DNA of 64,000 nt from the human T2T-CHM13v2.0 reference genome, Homo sapiens. The position numbers and the translations under genes are program-made. Shown here piece by piece: positions 52,675 to 64,000 of the stretch (its first letter is position 1; every line of letters begins with the position of its first letter). The notes below the pieces were generated by a model that saw only the letters and a program-made list of their open reading frames with translations, ran no database searches and was not told the origin of the DNA. The DNA is taken from assembly GCF_009914755.1 (NCBI RefSeq), contig NC_060939.1; one strand, written 5' to 3'.

Positions 52675-54750
52675 CACTTTTCACAATATTGATTCTTCCT
52701 ATCCATGAGGATGGAATGTTTTATCATTTGTGTTCTCGCTTATTTCCTTGAGCCGTGGTTTGTAGTTCTCCTTGAAGAGGCCCTTCACATCCCTTGTTAG
52801 CTGTATTCCTAGGTATTTTATTCCCTTTGTAGCAATTGTGAATGGGAGTTCATTCATGATTTGGCTCTCTGATTGTCTAGTGTGGATGTAAAGGCATGCT
52901 TGTGATTTTTGCACATTGATTTTGTATCCTCAGACTTTGCTGAAGTTGCTTATCAGTTTAAGGATTTTTTGGGGGCTGAGATGATGGGGTTTTCTAAATA
53001 TAAAATCATGTCGTCTACAAACAGAGACAATTTGACTTCCTCTCTTCCTATTTGAATACTCTTTATTTCTTCCTCTTGCCTGATTGCCTTGGCCAGATCT
53101 TCCAATTACTATGTTGAATAGGAGTGGTGAGAGAGGACATCCTTGTCTTGTGCCGGTTTTCAAAGGGAATGCTTCTAGCTTTTGCCCATTCAGTGTGATA
53201 TTGGCTGTGGGTTCGTCATAAGTAGCTCTTATTATTTTGAGATATGTTCCATCAATATGTAGTTTATTGAGAGTTTTTAACATGAAGGATGTTGAATTTT
53301 ATCAAAGGCCTTTCCCGCATCTATTGAGATAATCATGTGGTTTTTGTCTTTGGTTCTGTTTATGTGATGGATTACGTTTATTGATTTGCGTATGTTGAAC
53401 CGGCCTTGCCCCAGAGATGAAGCTGACTTGATCGTGGTGGATAAATTTTTTGATGTGCTGCTGAATTCGGTTTGCCAGTATTTTATTGAGGATTTTCACA
53501 TTGATGTTTATCAGGGATATTGGCCTGAAGTTTTCTTACTGCCCAAAATAATTTATAGATTCAATGCTATTCCCATCAAACTACCATTGACATTCTTCAC
53601 AGAATTAGAAACAACTACCTTAAATTTCATATGGAATCAAAGAAGATCCCGTATAGCCAAGACAATCCTAAGCAAAAAGAACAGATCTGGAGGCATCACA
53701 TTACCTGACTTCAAGCTATACTACAAGGCTACAGTAACCAAAACAGCATGGTGCTGGTACCAAAACAGACATATAGACCAGTGGAACAGAACAGAGACCT
53801 CAGAAATAACCAAATAACACCACACATCTACAACCATCTGATCTTCGAGAAACCTGACAAAAACAAGCAATGTGGAAAGGATCTCCTATTCAATAAATGG
53901 TGCTGAGAGAACTGGCTAGCCATATGCAGAAAACTGAAACTGGATCCCTTCCATATGCCTTATACAAAAATTAACTCAAGATGAATTAAAGACTTAAATG
54001 TAAAACCCAAAACCATAAAAACCCTAGAAGAAAACCTAGACAATACCATTCAGGACATAGGCGTGGGCAAAGACTTCGTGATGAAAGCGCCAAAAGCAAA
54101 TGCAATAAAAACCAAAATTGACAGATGGGATCTAATTAAACTAAAGAGCTTCTGCACAGCAACAGAAACGATCATCAGAGTAAACAGGCAACCTACAGAA
54201 TGGGTGAAAATTTTTGCAATCTACCCTAAGTGCTAATATCCAGAATTTACAAGGAACCTAAGCAAATTTACAATAAAAAAACAACCCCATCAAAACATAG
54301 GCAAAGGATATGAACAGACACTTCTCAAAAGAAGACATTTATGTGGCCAACAAACATGAAAAAAAGCTCAACATCACTGATCATCAGAGAAATGCAAATC
54401 AAAACCACGATGAGATACCATCTCACACCAGTCAGAATGATGATTATTAAAAAGTCAAAAAACAATAGATGCTGGCGAGGCTTTGGAGAAATAGGAATGC
54501 TTTTACACTCTTGGTGGAAATGTAAATTAGTCCATTGTGGAAGATGGTATAGTGAGTCCTCAAGGGTCTAGAACCAGAAATACCATTTGGCCCAGCAGTC
54601 CCATTACTTGGTATATACCCAAAGGAATATAAATCATTCTACTATAAAGACACATGCACATGTATGTTTATTGCAGCACTATTTACAATAGCAAAGACAT
54701 GAAACCAACCCAAGTGCCCATCAGTGATAGACTGGATAAAGAAAATATGG
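52675..54750 (+). mobile_element. 5'-inverted L1PA: minus segment 52675-~53536, plus segment ~53537-54750
   Basis: ORF2 RT fragments on the minus strand, continued by [14 protein letters not shown] on the plus strand. Confidence 0.9.
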
Positions 54751-54870
54751 GACTGGGTGTGTGGCTCATGCCTGTAATCCCAGCACTTTAGGGGGCTGAG
54801 GCAGGTGGATCACCTGAGGTTGGGAGTTCAAGACCTGCCTGACCAACATGGAGAAACCCTGTCTGTACTA

Positions 54871-55029
<159 letters not shown>

Positions 55030-55070
55030 TCAAAAAAAAAAAAAAGAAAGAAAGAAAGAAACTGTGGTAT

Positions 55071-60262
<5,192 letters not shown>

Positions 60263-60565
60263 TAAAGCCACTGAACCTGAACTTTATACTTGAAAATAGT
60301 TAAAATGGTAAATTTTATGTTGTGTATATTTTACCACAATAAAAAACATATTTATGTCAGCTATGGCCCATAAAGATTATTACTGACATGTATATAGAAC
60401 ACAGATTTGATTTGTTAAAGGTACTGACGTCACACACTGGTCTTCTAAAAGATGAACTCACTTTCTCAGTCTTTTAAAAAAATAATCCAAATAAAATGAG
60501 CTATTGTGGTAAACACATTTGTTGCAATTTGTAAACTCAGTTTGCTCCCTTTTTTGTACCAACAG

Positions 60566-60632
60566 GAAAATCAAGAAGATCTGGGCCTGTGGGAAGAGAA
60601 ATTTGGAAAATTTGTGGATATCAAAGCTAATG
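60566..60632 (+). CDS. GANC: GANC exon 7 (ENQEDLGLWEEKFGKFVDIKANG)
   Basis: polypyrimidine tract + aacag| acceptor, G|GTAAAA donor, 67 nt; WEEKF motif shared with GANAB. Confidence 0.94.
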
Positions 60633-62242
60633 GTAAAATTGAAACTGGTATAGTATTAAAACAGATCATTCTAAAAATGTCTACATAATTCTATCAAAAA
60701 GCCCCTTGATCTCTGGCACCTAAAACAGGTGACTTTAACAGAAGAACAGAAATCCCAGATCAGATTTGCTATCCTTCAGTAATGCATTGCATCAGAGAAA
60801 TAGCAATTATTTGCCTTTTGTAGGAAGTGTAAAAGAAATATAGGCCACACGGAGCTTATGGTCTCATACAGGGTCATGGGTCAGCACACTGCTTGCACTG
60901 TTCATCAGATAAGACAGCTACAAATTCCACATTAAATTTTTATGAGAGTGAAGTGATGAGAAACCCAAGTTCTAGAGCCACTCCGTTGCAACATTTCAAG
61001 CCAATGGTTCTCAACCTTTTCTAGGCCTCCCCATCATTCACATGGGTATCACATGCCCATCTGTCACATTTCTCACCAGGCTTAGTGATGGAATTGGGGT
61101 AGAGGGGCGAGTTTGTCTCTTTAGGAGATATCTTTCAGGTACTTGGGGCTTATGCAGTTAGAAAAATACTCACTTTCCTCTTTCCTCCTCCCTATTGTGT
61201 AGAATAACAAACCCTTTCTAACACCTTTAAAATTCCCATTCTAGCCATCATTATCTATAGCATAGTATAATGATGAGGGCTGACAGAATGCCCCAAATTA
61301 AAAGTGGGGGCATGGGTTCTCAGGCCCTCCTTTCTGTAACATCATCATCTTTTTATCTTTTTTTTTTTTTTTGAGGCAGGTTCTCACTCTGTCACCCAGG
61401 CTGGAGTGCAGTGGCATGATCATGGCTTACTGCACCCTTGAACTCCTGGCCTCGAGTGATGCACCTGCCTCGGCCTCCCAAAGTGCTGGGATTACAGGCA
61501 TGAGCCACCATACCCGGCCATGTCATAATCTTTTTCACCTTCTCTGTAGCATCCCTTTTCCACAAGCTCCTACAAATAAGGACCATTTGATGGCAAATAC
61601 TTTAACCTAGGCATAAATTAAAGTCCACGTTATACCTCCTAGTCATTTGCATTTTTCCCATAGCTCTAAAATAATTGTTAAAGACTTCGTCTTTGGTTAA
61701 AGGAAATTTATATAATCACAGAGGAGGAGTATTTTGAGGAACCAGTTATGGCCCTCCTGGTGCCCTTGACATTTGCATTCCCTGTAGGTAGTCACAGACG
61801 AGGCTGGCAGTAAGAATGATCAGGCACAAGACAATCAGTCATTTCATCTAGTGTAGACTGAAAGTGCACAATATCCTTTGCTTCCTAAAGCAAAGAAATA
61901 TGTGATAAGGAAAATTTCGATTAGGAAAAAATCTAAAACTTTGTAATGATGTTTTATATAGAGACGAGATTTACTGTGAAGAGGACACAGAGAGCTTCAT
62001 CACACAGCTAAGGCAACAGAACTAATACATGACCAGAACTTTGCCTTACACATTTTTGTATCCCCACAACACCTGAATATAATATCTCACAGAGGGTCAG
62101 TACACAGCATTTGCTAATTGATCTAGGTGAGCCCAGGTCTCTCAGCCTTTAGTCTAGTCATCTCTCTGCACTCAGAATTAACTGAATCTCCTTAAGTGAG
62201 TGTTCTTTTCAGAAACAAAACTCAGTATCCTGGTCTCTACAG

Positions 62243-62339
62243 GCCCTTCTTCTATTGGTTTGGATTTCTCCTTGCATGGATTTGAGCATCTTTATGGGAT
62301 CCCACAACATGCAGAATCACACCAACTTAAAAATACTGG
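62243..62339 (+). CDS. GANC: GANC exon 8 ([32 protein letters not shown]); gene continues beyond the window
   Basis: ctctacag| acceptor, GG|GTAAGT donor, 97 nt; YGIPxH GH31 motif. Confidence 0.95.
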
Positions 62340-62475
62340 GTAAGTGAAAACAAGAATTCTTATGGGAGTCTCTGGTTTTTGTATTGAGATGATCTGAAAA
62401 CATTTGTGAGCTGTCTGAGCCAGTGCTAATATGTGCCAGGCCTTTTCCTCCTTTATATTGCTTGTGGATCTTTAA

Positions 62476-62628
<153 letters not shown>

Positions 62629-63317
62629 TGAGTAGCTGAGACTACAGGCACCTGTCACCACGCCTGGCTAATTTATTTTGTATTTTTAGTAGAGACAGGG
62701 TTTTACCATGTTGGCCAGGCTGGTCTTGAACTCCTGACCTTGTGATTCACCCACCTCAGCATCCCAAAGTGCTGGTATTACAGCAGTGAGCCACCGTGCC
62801 TGGCCGGTTTTCCAGTTTTATTTATTTTTTTAATGGAAAAATTAGATAACTGTAAAAACTATAATACTGAGCCTAGAAATATAGAGGAAGTAAAATTATG
62901 GAGCTGCTGTGATCAGAATAGAGGGAAGATCTTTATCCTCGGGTTTCACTTTTACCTCTCAAGACCTTTTGTGGAGCCTTGGGAGAATATATTGTGAAAA
63001 ATCACTGACCCAGAAAAAGGCTTTTACCAAAATGGGAGAGTGAGCCAGAGAATGGAAAAATGTGGTATCTCATATCACCTTTAGTTTCCTCAGGGATATC
63101 ATGTCAGGCTAACACTATTGACAAATAGATGCCCGAGGCATCAGACTAAGAGGAAACAAAACCAAAGAGAAACAGAGTCTGATAAGATTGCCAGGTTCAG
63201 GTGCTGTTTACTTTCAGGTAGGCACAGTGACAAGTCCAGCAGAAACTGTGCTGCTCTCACACTGATTTGAGCTCTGTGCTCCCACCCCCAATTCAGTTCC
63301 CCATCTTCCCCTGCTAA

Positions 63318-63575
<258 letters not shown>

Positions 63576-64000
63576 TGATCCACCTGCTTCGGCCTCCCAA
63601 AATGCTGGGATTACAGGCGTGAGCCACCGGCACCCAGCCTGGACACAATTCTTTTAACCGCAGAGAAGTACTCACAAAATTCATCAGTGGGTACTTGCTG
63701 TGTGCTTGCTATTGTGGAGTATTCATAGGAGAGAGTCCTCCACTCAAAGGATATTTAGGCTGGGCACAGTGGCTCACACCTGTAATCCCAGCACTTTGGG
63801 AGGCCGAGGTGGGTAGATCACTTGAGGTCAGGAGTTTGAGACCAGCCTGGCCAACATGGTGAAACCGCATCTCTACCAAAAAATACAAAAATTAACTGGG
63901 TGTAGTGGCACGCACCTGTATTCCCCGCTACTTGGGAGGCTGAGGTGGGAGAACTGCTGACCCTGGAAGGTAGAGTTTGCAGTGAGCCAAGATCGCACCA

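Noticed and set aside
60425-60432. Perfect CRE palindrome TGACGTCA
   Set aside because: A single 8-mer is expected about once per 64 kb; no promoter context

Overview
Human genomic DNA (an AluYb8 at 23689 points to human) at the head-to-head TMEM87A/GANC locus, recalled as 15q15. Minus strand: TMEM87A coding exons 1-6 (codons 1-168) plus an alternative terminal exon giving a 181-aa form without transmembrane segments. Plus strand: GANC (neutral alpha-glucosidase C, GH31) coding exons 1-8. The two genes share a CpG-island bidirectional promoter (~27.1-28.3 kb). Most of the remainder is interspersed repeat (L1PA, old L1M, ~40 Alus, MaLR/ERVL, Charlie, Tigger), and most ORFs in the supplied track are repeat-derived. 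Main findings: (1) two non-repeat exons in GANC intron 3 splice in frame to exon 3, giving a 282-aa non-glucosidase protein with its own poly(A) signal, possibly the relic of a nested gene; (2) a ~210-350 bp inverted duplication, with one copy captured inside an Alu TSD pair, brackets the terminal exon of that cassette and GANC exon 4; (3) a full-length L1 carries a 3' transduction; (4) a composite L1 cluster shows a twin-priming inversion, an in-frame RT deletion and an intact ORF0-like frame; (5) the AluYb8 lacks a TSD. Repeat subfamily calls and reference-protein comparisons are from memory, and repeat boundaries are approximate.
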